A stretch of 64,000 nt of DNA. Source: Podarcis melisellensis (lineage: Eukaryota). Positions 1 to 53,400 of this stretch are shown here, piece by piece. The notes under the pieces are model-generated. The model saw only the letters and a list, made by a program, of their open reading frames with translations. It was not told where the DNA came from and ran no database searches. The translations under genes were made by a program, and so were the position numbers. The stretch is taken from assembly GCA_964234715.1 (NCBI GenBank), contig OZ174280.1. One strand, written 5' to 3'. How positions within the stretch are numbered: position 1 is the stretch's first letter; each line of letters opens with the position of its first letter.

Positions 1-919
1 ACACTGCTGTGTCCTTTTCCATGGTGCTTTCTGTGAAGCTGTTACATTTAAATACTGCTTACACCGTGCATATCACGGTGTAATTGGAATATCACGGAAG
101 TCATTGGAAAGTAGTCTGAAAGGCAAGGTATAACATTTTCAGATTAGATAGAGTGCCCATGCACACCAGCACTAACATCTCCAAGGATATGCCCACACAG
201 TTGGGTGGGGCACAAGACATGGAGCATTTAAACACACCACATTAAGATGTCCTTTCGGCAGCTCTTACATGAATGTGATAACCTTAAAAATGGCTCAAAC
301 TCAAGCAAGCATTGATAACATTAGTCATATTCCATGAGTTCTCAGTCTGAAGAGAGAAACATACTTTAGCTAAAATCTACCTGTGTTTTGGAAAGGGTGG
401 ATCTTCATCATTCATATGAGAACCAACTAAAACATTTCTTTAAAATTGGTCAAATGAAGCTTAGTCCCCTAAACCAAATAATCAAGTGTTCAGCATTCAT
501 ATAGAGGCTAGGTGAGGGCAGTTGAAGACTGCAGACCTAGAGACAGGCCAAGCATCGTAGGCTACCACAGATTGCAGAGTAAGCTTAGTTTGCAGATTGA
601 GTTGCTGCAGAACATACAAAGCACAGCATCCATATAGGTTGTCAGTTTTTCGTCGCTCTTAGGCTTGCGCTAGAAAGACTATACTGTACAGAATATACTG
701 GTTCTCATTCCATTTCCTTCAAAGCATATCCATCTGGACCTCTATCAAAGGTAACGTAAGGTGGACATCTGGTAGCTTACTTTGCATTGGTATTGTCCAA
801 GAGGTAGGATACTATTGAGGATTGAATATATGCCAGATTCAGGAGTTCAGGTCAGGGATGTCTTGTTATTACTTGCACACTTTTCAGAAACCAAACATGG
901 GCAAGTGCAATCTGATCCC

Positions 920-961
<42 letters not shown>
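920..961. repeat. (CTTG)n microsatellite
   Basis: About 10 tetranucleotide units. Confidence 0.95.
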
Positions 962-3254
962 GGTAGCAAAGCATTCTAAGTCTCACTTCAGTGACAGTTC
1001 CTGCATATCAAACTTGTGTAATAGTGGTTTCATTTGCATGTCATGGTAGACTAAGCTATGACTTGCCAGGGCTGTGAAAAGATGCTTGTTCGTGGAGAGG
1101 AACTCATACCTGCTTTGTTCCTCTCTAGTCTTTTTAGAACAGTGCAGCCGCTAAGCCAAGGAAACCTGGAATCATGGTTAAGGTTTGGTCTCCTTAACTA
1201 TGATCTGTTTGCTATCATCACTTGTAATCCTTTGCATCTAACTCATTTGATGGAATACACTCAGTTAATCCTGCTGCCACTTTTTGTGGGCATCAAATAG
1301 GTCTTGCAGGTGCTAGGGACATGTGTAGCTTGTCAGTTGGCTAACAAAATTCCTATACAGTTCTCACATGCAAGTTTGCCATCTATGCATAGAAACAAAT
1401 TCTGCACTCCAACTCCTGGATTCTGTCATTCCAAACCTGAAAAAAGTTCTCTCTTTCTTTTTCTCATTGTGTCCCCTGCTGCAAAAGTGCACATTCATGC
1501 ACTCTTATGAAGAGGTAAATAGATATTCAAATTGGTGTGGACACAACCAGAGGAAAAGCATAGGCCCAGCCAGCCTTGTTCACACTGGATAGCTATGATG
1601 GTTTATAATTAACATCATCTTTCTGTCTATATAAAATTATCAATGTTTGTAAGTTGAAGTTGGATATTTGCTGAAATAGAGACATTCTAAACCGTGCCAG
1701 TGTAGGTTTCTGCTGTTCCCACACAAGTTGACAAACTATTTTTGTTGATTCTATAAGTCAGCTATGGTATCGTGAGGAAGCATTGCATATTTCCAAGTTG
1801 GCACTGCTGCAGTTTCAGCATCCACAAGAGAGATGTACAACTTTGATATGAATGAATAACAAATTATACATTTATTGTCCAAGAAACATAATTGTGCAGA
1901 AATGATTAGTGCTTTAGTACTTCAAGGAAGTACCGCGATGCTAGTGGGCTCTGACCAGTGTTCTGTGTTAAGTCATATGCTGATGACACACATTATGTGT
2001 AGCTTATTACCCTCCCCCAACACAGTAACTAGTATCAGATTTCAGAACAGGGCAATTAGAGAGCGGTCTATCCCCTGTCATTCACTTCCAGCAGCCTGAG
2101 GTTTAGATCAGCTGTTTTGTATAAACCCAAAGGAGAGTTTAGAAACCTGCCACCCAGGAGCCAGCTCTGTGAATTACTTTATGCTGAGCATCGTGGCACT
2201 CTCCCAGCCCTTTATCAAAAGAACTGACTCTTTAAATTGGCAGCGTTGGGGAAACAGCCCTGCTGCAGGCCATTGAACTCCATGGGAAGACTTGCCGGCT
2301 GGGAGACTTCAAAAGCCAGCTCTATAGAGCTGCACTCTTTTACCCTGTATGAGGAAAGGGAAAGAGACTCTTAGAAGTTCAAGGGTGGCTGCCCTGTATT
2401 TGTGGTTGGGCCCCAAAAGGAAATGCCAGGAACTGCCCCCAAGCAGTTCCATGCCGCTGCTGTTCAGAATGCTCTGGAGGCGGAAAAAAGTCCTGCTCGT
2501 TCTCCAGAGCTTTGTGGAAAAGTCTGAGCTGCTTAAAAGAAGGCTGGAGAAGGAGATTAACAGACTCTCAAGTGGGGGTGAGGGCAAGATGAACAAAACA
2601 GAATGGGCAGACATGGATGGCTTTTGCTGCCCTACAGCCCAAACCTGCAGCCTACCAGATTTGAACAGAGCCCACCAGCGGTGTGTGGAAGCCCACCAGG
2701 TCCTTGGCAGAGTTCCTGTTTTAGCAAACAGGCAAGTGCAAGAGGTTTACAGAGCCCCTGGTAGCCCCACACATAGCTGGTGGGCTCTGTGTTGCTTAGT
2801 AGGTCATATATTATGCAGACCTGCTGCAGTCTCTGGCTGCGAGTGGAATTGGTAATTTCCCAAGCCAGCAGGAAGAGTCCCGGTCAGTGCCAGTTGTGAG
2901 AGGAGAGCAGCCTGCTTAGTTGGAGTTGTGCAAAGCTCAAGATTAGCTCTGGATATAATGATACCTTTTCCTTACAGCATGTTCTCTTGGTGGAAATGTA
3001 TGCAGGTTTTTGAGTTACATAGAACTCCTGCAGGCCGTGAAATTGGCCCAATCAAACATATAACTGTGTGTGCATGCATGTGTGTGTGCTTTAGGACTGG
3101 CATAAACAGCTTTCTGCTATAGAGCTTTCACTGAAGGCTGAATTCTCTTCCTTGGCTGGAATAAGGCTCTGTACCACAGGACCAAAAGCTTGACACTATT
3201 TTTAGTATGGTATGGTTGAAATTGTCTTGCCTTTGCATGTAACTAAGAATAAAA

Positions 3255-3334
3255 GCATCAATGAAGTAGACTGCAGTCCACAAAAACGTTTGCCATAATA
3301 AATTTGTTAGTCTTTAAAGTGCCACAAAACTTTC

Positions 3335-3335
<1 letters not shown>
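3255..3335 (+). mobile_element. Penelope-like element terminal fragment
   Basis: GAAGTAGACTGCAGTCCAC..AATAAATTTGTTAGTCTTTAAAGTGCCACAA; an inverted relative lies at ~50640-50710. Family call from recall. Confidence 0.4.

Positions 3336-3377
<42 letters not shown>
3336..3377. repeat. (TAT)n microsatellite
   Basis: About 14 trinucleotide units. Confidence 0.95.
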
Positions 3378-3380
<3 letters not shown>

Positions 3381-4093
3381 AAAGAGGCATTGTATGCTTT
3401 AGGGCAGATGTGGCTATTCTGTGGCTCTCCAGATGTTGCTGGGCTATAGCTCCCATCAGCTCCTGGTAAGGGATGATGAGAGTTGTAGTTCAAAAACTTA
3501 CATAACTATCTCTTCCTTGCCTCTTCTATGCATTCTGAACACTCTTTTGTTTGACAGCTATGCCAAGATCACAGTAAGGAGTATTATGCCAGCAGGGTGC
3601 TGTGAAAAACTTCAAGTTTGTGGGGGAGTAGTTTTCAGAAATTAACATCAAAAACCTCTTCAATGCAAATAGACTGGAGAACAATGGCAGATGAAATGCC
3701 ATTGTGATATTTCTTTTCTAAAGTGGAGCAATCGTTTACTGGGTAAAAATCAGGTTATCATTCGGAACTTCTGGCTCTTGGGCTTGCTGCAGTATTTTAA
3801 AGCAGTCTTTGATGTGCAGTTCAAACAGGAATTTTGTCCTGGCAGATCGAAATAATTTCAGATGCATATGCAATTATTGTCTCCCAATTTCCATCTCTCA
3901 AGAATACAGTGGAGTTTCTGTATGGAAAAAATGTTGACTTTAGCTATTTATTTGCTTTTATAAATCCTCCCTCCCAATGTGCAGTGCATTTCCCTGAATA
4001 AAGATGTGGACGTTTCTTTTAAAAAAATCCCCAGGCAGGGAAACAATGTGGGGGTAACCTTGCTGCATGCTTACACAAGATAGCAGTGAATAA

Positions 4094-17140
<13,047 letters not shown>

Positions 17141-18720
17141 GCTTCTGCATTAGTTAAAGAAGGAAAGAAGGAAGGAACCCTGATCCCTGTTGGTGGAATC
17201 ATGCCTACTGGGCCAGACGGACTATGTTTTCCATCCAGAGAGGATTCCTGGATTATTATTATTTTGAGGAACGTAAACCAAAAGCAGCACGGCAGGAAGG
17301 GTTTGCTTCCCACCCACTCGGAAACACCTCGGCAATACCAAAAGCTAACCAGGAAAAATTGAATACCTCTTTCCCAAAGGGCATGGCGGATGGAGGCTGA
17401 AAAGCAAACCACCTCGAATGAGGCATGGTAATGCGTCGCTCAGCCTCTTGCGTTGCCACCTTAGCTCTTGGCTGGTGGCCTTGTAAGAGGTGCAGCCTGC
17501 CAAGACGGGCACATTTCACCGTTTTCTTTTTTGTGAAGATCCTTAACTGAAAAAAAACCTAACGTTAACTGTTCTCAGGGATTGCTTTACTAAAAGTAAC
17601 AGAAGCATTTATGATACTGTAAATACGATAGTATATGTGTCGATTATTAAATTGTAAAGTTCTAATTATTTATAATTATTCTCTTTTTGTTTGGGGGATA
17701 CTTGAAATGTGTTGTGGGCTGGGGATTTTGGTTTTGTTAAGCATATCCGAACATGAGAAAAGATGAACATTTCTCAGGTTCCCCGGCCTCCCAGCACTGT
17801 TGGTGAAGAGGGGCTGGTGGGTGGTGTCTGATGAGTAGAGAGGATGGACCAAGAGTTCATGCAGAACTACCACGACACAGCAGCCTTGGAAGAGAGGAGA
17901 CCAAGGTGGAAATGGCAAAGCCCGCCATCAGGGTGCGTGGACTTGGCCCATGGGCTGCTAGCCACAGCACTTGCCCTGCCTCTGCTGGTTTATGCAGTGG
18001 TTCCAATTATGGAATACAAAGACCCCAGGAAGCCAGATTGTTGGCTGTGAAACAGTTGGGCCCATAGTGTAAATAATCGATTTTTTTGGCCTTCATCCAC
18101 ATGCCTATGGATAGATGCGTGCAAGAGCCGCATGCTATATGCGCGTGGGAAGATGTGTCTTTCCTTTGGCAGATGGGGAGCAGGGAACACATTTTTCTCT
18201 TGCTTATGTGTCTTTTATTTTCAACTCCATTTCTAAACTGTTGCCTTTGATGGCACCTGCAGAGTCTGGTGCCCTCTGGAGGACAGCCTTCCTGGTCCTA
18301 TTTCTTGCTGCTCCACCTCCCACCACTGCTTAAGTGGATCATCTTATTTTTTAACTTCTTCCAATGAAAAATAAAGTTTGGGGGTAGGAAGCAGGAGCAA
18401 CACGGCTCTTCCACTTGTCTTTGTGTTCCCCTGTTCCAGTGTGTCCTAGTTTTAAAAGGGGCAGGGAGGGAATGGGGTGGGGTGGGGCAGGGGTCGGGCT
18501 GAAGGGTAGCTTAGAAAATGTGGATTAAAATTACCTACTGTCTGACTCCAGTTTTGTTTTTCACAATACTCTATGAGAAAACTGGGCCAGGGAAACCCAG
18601 CTCACCCCAGTATTTGTTGCCATAGAAGTATCATTCTTCACGTCTGACTTATTTTATTTTGTGTACAACCTCTTGATCCAATGTTTAATAAAAAAGAAGG
18701 AAGATGTTCATACCACTTCT
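17141..18720 (+). other. ZSWIM5 3' UTR with two candidate poly(A) signals
   Basis: AATAAA at 18370-18375 and 18687-18692 (the latter preceded by TGTA and U-rich tracts); TGTAAATA Pumilio-type elements at 17618-17625 and 18068-18075. The exact end is inferred. Confidence 0.55.
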
Positions 18721-20603
18721 GTATCACTCCAGCCCTTTCTGTTGTCAGCAGTGCCAATTAAAAGGGAATAAAAAGACAGCAGTTCAAAGGCAGTTGTTGA
18801 GATGGGAGGAATGGGAGTGAATGCAACCTTCTAAACCACCAGCCTTGCATCCTTTTGGTCTGGAAAGAACCACATGTGGCTTTTGCCTCTTCCTGTACTG
18901 AGTCTCCAGTTACTTCACCAGCAAATATTTATATGTCAATACCCCCTGCCTCAGATGGAATATACTTGTTGTGCAGGAACAATCCTATAAAGAGAGTATG
19001 GATCTTTGATGTACAGTGGGATACATTGGCATAACGTCTGTGATGATCGTGGCTTAGGGCCATGAAACCTGAAAAAACCTCTGTCTCTCCCCCATCCACA
19101 ATCGGAACACGGCTGTAGGTTGAAATCCTCTTTGGAGGCCCTGCTATACGTCCTGCCAACAGAAGATTTTTGTGTGTGGCAGCACTTTGGAGGAATTCCT
19201 TCTCAAAGGAGGTAAAACTAGGCCATCCCTGAGGGTGGTTCGGCAGGCAGGGAAAGCAATGTTATTGGCACTTGCTTTCCATACATGACTTAAGAGTCAG
19301 ACTCTCATCCTTTCAATTTTAAGGCTTGATCTTTATTTTTTGCTAGCTGATGATGCCTTCTTTGGTTTTGTTCTTTTATCTGAACCGCTGGAGGTGGTGG
19401 GGTTATGTTAGACCTAAACAGCAGTGTAGAGAAAAACCTAACAGGTCTCAGCAAGAGCCCTGCTCCTCTCTTAGCTGCTGATGCCACCTTTACTAGCTGC
19501 AGCCTCAACACTATAGCATCCCCTTCCCAAATACCTGTTAACAAAGCAATCATTGCCTTAACCACCACAGTTCCCTCCCATGCTATTCCAGTTCTAAGAA
19601 AAGCATCCACTGGTCTGTTTACATATCACACACAAGTAACAGACTTTCTGAGGGGGCTGGTGCTGCTTGTGTCTTCTATAAACATGTTTCCTTATCATGA
19701 CATGCGGCTGATAACTGTCAGATGCAACCAGGCTGAATGCTGAAGCAGACACAGTCACCACTATGGCAGCAGAGATATAGGGAAAGGAAGGCTGGGTTTC
19801 TTTACTGGAGGAACCTGCTTAGCTGTTGCTGGATAATGAACAGCAGTGAGTGAGGCGCAGTGCAGCACAGCATGTTCATATTGAGAATAAACATCACAAG
19901 AGTCTTTCCCACTTATTCCTGGGTCGCCTGTTCAGCAGCAAGGACATGGTCGCTCATCCTTCCTGAGTGGGTTGTGCATATGCAGACCTTGACTAAGCCA
20001 GAACAGCAGCACCAAAGCAGAGGAAGATTCAATCATTTAACTAAACACCATGTGCTGGATTGTTAATCCAGATGGGAAAGTGTTGTAAATACTTCATTTT
20101 GCGGTATGGTGCATGGCCATCGCTTTGTAGAGACACATGGCTATTGCTAAAGAGGGCCCCAAACTGAGCAATTGGGTGACACAAGGTACCCTAACCCACC
20201 TTCTATTGTTAAATGGCAAAAAAACTTACTCCGCTGTGGAGGACAGAGCATAAGAAAGGCCACACCTAGCCACTGGTTGGAAGGGGCAAGAAAAGGTCAA
20301 TAAAAGGATCCACCTCTTTCTCAGATAAGCTTTGTAGTGTGTAGGGATAAAGCCAGGATCAAAAGCATTGGGTGCTTCAGGAAATGCCCAAGACCATACA
20401 TTCTCTCCCCCTCTACAACCCACCCACCACCCCAAGCATTGTGCCATTCTGAGTGGAAAGCATTTTAATAGTGCGCTATTACAAACCCACATCCTTGTTC
20501 TTTGTATCAGTCCTAGTGACTGGCTCTCCAGCACTTGCAAACATGATCCTCTCTTGCTGCAGTCTCTTTGATGCTTTGTCCATTTTCCATCTGGCTCAAG
20601 TCT

Positions 20604-32772
<12,169 letters not shown>

Positions 32773-34768
32773 CCCGCCCGCGCTGCTGCGGTCGCCCTAC
32801 TCCCGAGTCCTGGCGGGGAGAACAACACGCCTCTTCCTCCCCACTTCCGGGTTCCTTCCCCAGCTCCTCCGATTGGTGGCCTGTGGGATCCACCCACGGC
32901 TCCCGCGGGGCGTGGCCGGGGCAGGACTGGTATTACCGTAATGTGCGCTGTAGCACGTCTCCCCGAAAAGTTAAGAAGGGAGGCGCACAGCACACGCGCC
33001 GCCGCTTGTCTGGGGCGGTGGAGAGAGGGCAGAACCAGCACCGCGGAGCAGGGCTCGTAGACGCCCAAGTGGTGGGGCAGCAAAAACCCCTCTGGTCTAT
33101 TTTGAGCATAGACATCCAACAAGTAACTGGCATTAGAATTCCTAATTAAATTAAATACAGTACAGAGAGAATTGTAACAACCCATATAGTTAATGGGCGC
33201 TAGACAAGTGTACCAAACCCTTGGGTCAAGGCAGCTATTGTGCATGCAGAAATGAATTAAAAAACAGAAATATGCATTCAGTTTCCCCACAAGTCCACTG
33301 CCCTCATGTAGCCCCCGTATTCACAGCCAAGGGGAATGATTAGGAAGCTGGGTTAGTACATCTGCTACTAGTTCTACATCCATAAAATATGTGGTATTTT
33401 CCTGTCCTAACCGATAAATGCCACTCCCTGTGCTTGGCTGATAAAAACTTTGGACCACCTCCTCCTTGAATACATTGTGCTCTTTGCTTGGAGATAAAAA
33501 TTACCCTAACCACAGTGCCACATGGGACCAATAGATAAAAATGTGGGAAGGTGTTGCCGAAGGCTGCTTTGTCTGTGCCTTATTTCACATATTACTGGAG
33601 AATCCACAGCTCAGTCATGATATACCTACACTAACAGCAAACAAAATTCTCAGAGATCCAGTCCTTATGTAACCAAAGGTGCAACATATATGTGCAAGAA
33701 GGAAGTACTAGCAGGCTCAGGGAGACCCCAAGATTGGCAGAAGTACAAGCAAAAACCTCCACAACAAAATTTGCCATCAGGCCAAGCAGAAGTTTCCAGA
33801 AGCCACTTGGCTTCTTAATCCCATGCGGGTTGTGCATTTGTATTCACAGATCCTTGTATTGTAGTTTTGCTTAACAATGTTCATCAACACTGGTAAGTCT
33901 AAGAAGCAATATGAATCCAGATCATCATACAACATTAATGATGAGGGAGACAGACAAGACAGATGTGAGAAACAGTGTTAGGTCCTTCTGGGAGAGAAGA
34001 TACAGAAGTCAAAGTGTTAAGATTGTACCAAGCAGAGCTACCACTAGATAATTGGGCACCTCCAAAGAACAGTGACATCTAAAGAGCACAACTCAGCAAC
34101 AGGGAACATGTTAAAATGCCTTAAGAACCTGGGGGTCGCCAAACTCACATCAGCCAAGGCTGGTATAGCTAATGATCAGGGATGATGGGAGTTGTGATCC
34201 AGGCCAGCAAGGTTTGGAAGGCCGCAGGTCCCCTATCCCTAGTTTAAGGCCACTCTTTATATTACTACTAGTGTCAATTCTCTGGCACATGATCAGAGAT
34301 CCTTCCGCCTGCCCTGTGTTTGTTTTCGAAACGCGACCTTTTATGATATGCCTCATCGCCAGCCATTCACATGAGCCCAAGAACTGAAGTGAAACGCAGT
34401 CAGAGATCTTGCGCGTCGACCTGCCTTGGCCACTTTCACCTTAGGCCTAAACCTCCCTCGCGGGGTGCGGGGCTTGCCGCCGACCCATTCCCATTGCGCG
34501 GTTCCCTTCGCTTCTTGCATGCTCGGCTTGCTCATTCACCCGTCCGCCGATAGAGGCTGCTTTACGGTACACCCGGCAGAACCGAGGAGGAAGGAGGGCG
34601 AGAGTAGCAGGAAGCAGCCGCAGCCGCCCTCCTCCCGGTCGCTGCGCTGGGGAAAGACTCGCCGGCTGCCAGAATCGGGACTGGAGCGAAGGGGCCACCG
34701 GCGGAGCTGCTCCCGCGGCGGCTGCTCCCTCTGGGCCAACCCCGCCTCGGCGGCTGCAGGCGGCCAGG

Positions 34769-50080
<15,312 letters not shown>

Positions 50081-50182
50081 GTCTATTTTGAGGTCTTGTT
50101 AACCATTTCTTCTGTGTTACATAGTTCCTACATGCAATAATCTCTTACTATCAAGATCCAGAAAGCACGTATGTGTATATAA

Positions 50183-50235
50183 AATAAATTACCAAGTGTG
50201 AGGCTTGCAGTTTATTGATAAGCAGATACAATAAA
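50183..50235 (+). terminator. Candidate HECTD3 poly(A) signals
   Basis: AATAAA at 50183-50188 and 50230-50235, 100-150 nt after the stop codon, with TGTA upstream. Confidence 0.55.
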
Positions 50236-51156
50236 ACGGACAGCCTGCCCCCTTGGATTTTAGTGAGCCCAAAACAAAAAATGGGAATGGTGAAAAACTC
50301 TTCATTTCTGACACAAGTTTCCAGCAAGTGGACAATGGCATGTAGGATTCCAGAATTCAATAATTCTGGTTTCTTTCTCAGGAAAGATGTCAAACAAGAA
50401 ATGCAGACAGTTGCAAAATATATTTGTTGTTAGTTAACATTTTAGAATATTCTTAATTCTCTTCTGAAACCTGTACCTCTCCTTAGGCTGCAATTCCAAA
50501 CCCACTTACTTGGGAGCAGATCCCATGGACCTGAGGTGATGTTTATAAGATTCCTCTGTCAATCTTTCTAGCCGAAGATAAACATGAGGGCCACAGCTTA
50601 ATTATAAGTTCTAGAGGAGTATTGGGGTTTTTTGCAGTGAAAACAAGACTCTTACAGCACCTTAATGACTGCATAAGCTGTCATGGACTACTGTCCACTG
50701 CATCAGATGTGTGTAGTGTTATCATGAGCTATAGGTTTAGATGCACATTGTTTGGGGAGGAGGGTTGTAATAAGGAAAGGAAATGCAACAAAGTACAGTG
50801 ATAATTATGTACTTAATACAGTACCAGTAATTTGAAAAACAGTTCTTGATGACATAGACATCCTGGTATTGATAAGCCAATTAGCACACATAATGTACTA
50901 AAAATCTATTCAATCGGGGGGGGGGGGTATATTCAATCCACAAGCAATATCACCATAAATTCTTAGTACTAAATTACACTGTCCCCTCATTACACACCAA
51001 CATTGTTAATGACTTCATCCTCAGGTTACAGTTCAGGATCCTCCTCTTTGTAGTGATTTTCATGCCTGCTTCTGTGCAGAACTACAGTCCAAAGTTTTCA
51101 ATACTCCCTCCACCCACTTTTCTTCTTCCAAGTCTTCCTGTTTTTGTCTCAGCAGT

Positions 51157-51190
51157 TGCAGTGGTCAGCTCTGGCCACCAGTGGGCATTA
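51157..51190 (+). promoter_or_regulatory. CTCF-like site with upstream TGCAGT module
   Basis: TGCAGTGGT-N6-TGGCCACCAGTGGGCA: imperfect core plus the upstream module at typical spacing. Confidence 0.45.
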
Positions 51191-51317
51191 TGGCACCATA
51201 ATTAAAAGGAGTGGTCTGACCATTTTAATTCTAAGATTGTTTTGTTCAAATTGTTCAGCTTTCCTTCTTACCTGTCAAAAGCATCTCGGTATGGCACAAT
51301 GGAGCCCAATATAATCC

Positions 51318-51467
51318 CATGGCCTGGCATAGCCAGGATTTTTTTGGGCAGGGGCAGAACTATGTTGGGGGGGCAGAACCAATGTGATTGATCAGTTAAG
51401 TATTTCTATTGTTTTACCTGATGGGGGGGCAGCTGCCCCACCTTGCCCCCACTTGGCTACACCCATG
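51318..51467. mobile_element. Small MITE-like element
   Basis: Imperfect inverted termini CATGG..CATAGCCA / TGGCTACACCCATG around G-rich internal repeats. Confidence 0.4.
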
Positions 51468-51949
51468 AGATAATATAATAACATAAGATGATGTGGAGGT
51501 TTAGGAAAAGTCAGCCCCTCCTCTGCTTTGCTGACTGTGAGGGGCCACACTCCTGCTAATCCCTGCTTCTATTTGATATTAGGCTTTCTCTGATACCACC
51601 TTCATTAAAGCCTTTCACCAAAGCTGTCCCGCTTTGGCTGAGGGAAATAGAACTGTGCTTGGCTAGCTGTTAGAGACAGTTTGCTAAGACAGGCCGAGTT
51701 CTGACATTCTGAAAAGAATTTGAGGGGTGGGGTGGGAATACAAAACCGGGAATATACGTTTTTCTGGGGGACTGCGAAACACTTTTTGAAGAGAAGTTTT
51801 CCAAAACAGCAGGGTCTGCCTGCTCCCAATGCTAAATGGAGACTGTGGCCCTCAAGTGAAGAGCTTCACTTTACTCAAATAGCAGCAGTTACTAGTATTT
51901 ATTTCCCAGTAACAGCAATGGTCTGCGTTTAATAGAAGAGGGTAGACGG

Positions 51950-53400
51950 AACACTCTGGCAAAATGGCTCCATTCATGGGTCGAGGATGTACTGTCTGTA
52001 TGTTGGCTGCCTGGGTGGGCCTCGGAGCTGAAGGCTATTGTAGCCGCATAATGGGCTTGATTGGTAATTGGGGAGGTGAATTTGGCGTGGGGGGAAGGGA
52101 CGGTGTCATCTCTGCAGCTGGGCTTTTTGTCATGCAAAGCGGGGCAGGAAGGGAAGCTTAAATCCCGCGACTTCACAGCACCTCGGAGCTGCTCTTCAAT
52201 GCTCCTCTCCTCCACCCCACCCGCTTTCTCTTATCTCGGCCGGCGTGGTTCTTGCAACCCTCCCAGCCGTTTCCGCCCCTTCCCGGGTTTCCCCACATAA
52301 GAGTCATGAGAGCCTTAGGGAATTTGGGGAGGCGGCGAGCGGGACCGTGTGCAGTTTTTGCTGCGGGGTTAAGCTCAGTAAACTAGGCGAACCCCACCGC
52401 CTGCCCTGGCGAAGGCAGCTTCCCTCCCCCGCCTTAGGCCTGCGCACAGCCACTTGCGAAGCTGACAGGGAGGAAGAGGGGCTGCTGGAGGTGCCGGCGG
52501 GCCCCCTGAGGAGAGCGACAAGAAACGGGGATTAGCCGGGGATGCCGGGGCTCCCCTGCTGGGCGAGGACGTGTAACTCCCCGACACCCTGCGGCGGGGG
52601 ATTAATTGCAGACCACACAGCAGGCCAATGAGGGGCACCGAGAGCAGCGCCGCCGCGCGCGGAGAGAGGGCCGGGCTCCAGAGCGCGCCTGCTGGAGAGT
52701 CGCGCAAAGGGGAACAGTCTTTTCTGCCCCCCCCCCCCGACATCGCCATGATGCGTGAGGGAGGAGCTGCAGGTGGCTCAACATTTCGCGCCCGTCCCGG
52801 GTGGGGATGAGGCCCCAGGCCACGCGCGTCGAGTAGCAGGTCGAGCGCGCGACTCGCAGGTGCAAAGGAGAGCAAGGGCTCCCGCACCTTCTTTAATAAG
52901 TCGTGCAAAAAAGGGAATTTCAGCCGTTTGCATCGCCAGCTGCTGCACCTGCTGAAATTCTCAGCTCAGCTGTGAAAGGTGTGGCGGATCCCTGCTCTCC
53001 GTTGCACGTGGCTCGCTCTCTACCCCGTGGTTCGGCAGGGAGCGGTTACTTGACTGAACCTAACCCGCAGGTGAGGACAACCTGCTACCTTTTAAGGTAG
53101 CCATAAGGATGGTACATCCCATATAAGCAAGCACGTGACCTCACTATGCGGTGCGGGGGGTGAGAGGCGCTGAGGCGCGAGCGGCCTCATAGCTGGAAGC
53201 AGCAGAGCGGGAAGCCGCGGCTGAGGAAGCAAGGTTGAGTCGTGGGTTGGTTAATGGGTCACTCTCGGGGTCTCTTGGGCAGGTTTTCACACAAAAGCTG
53301 CTTGAGAATAAGCGCGAGCCGACTTCTTGTGACTGATAGCATTCCCAGCAGGGGGCACTGTAGTCTAGCCCATGTGTGAAAGACCCGAGATTTCTTTCAG
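51950..53400. promoter_or_regulatory. Orphan CpG island with promoter motifs, no recognisable coding gene
   Basis: CpG-rich stretch with CCAAT boxes (~52060-52070, 52625), E2F-type TTTCGCGC (52784-52791), CACGTG E-boxes (53005, 53132), GLI-like GACCACACA (52611-52619) and donor-like CAG|GTGAGG (~53070). Confidence 0.65.
53345..53360 (+). promoter_or_regulatory. CTCF core motif
   Basis: CCAGCAGGGGGCACTG matches the CCASYAGRKGGCRS consensus. Confidence 0.6.

Noticed and set aside
2349-2855. 168-aa ORF in the ZSWIM5 intron
   Set aside because: No ZSWIM5 or other recognisable similarity and no convincing splice context.
52375-52908. 177-aa minus-strand ORF in the orphan island
   Set aside because: Non-ATG start, low-complexity P/A/R/G composition, no recognisable domain, and no match to the neighbours I would expect (EIF2B3, BTBD19, PLK3).
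53040-53075. CTAACCC in GC-rich DNA suggesting a telomerase RNA template
   Set aside because: Only a partial template, with no recognisable pseudoknot or H/ACA elements.
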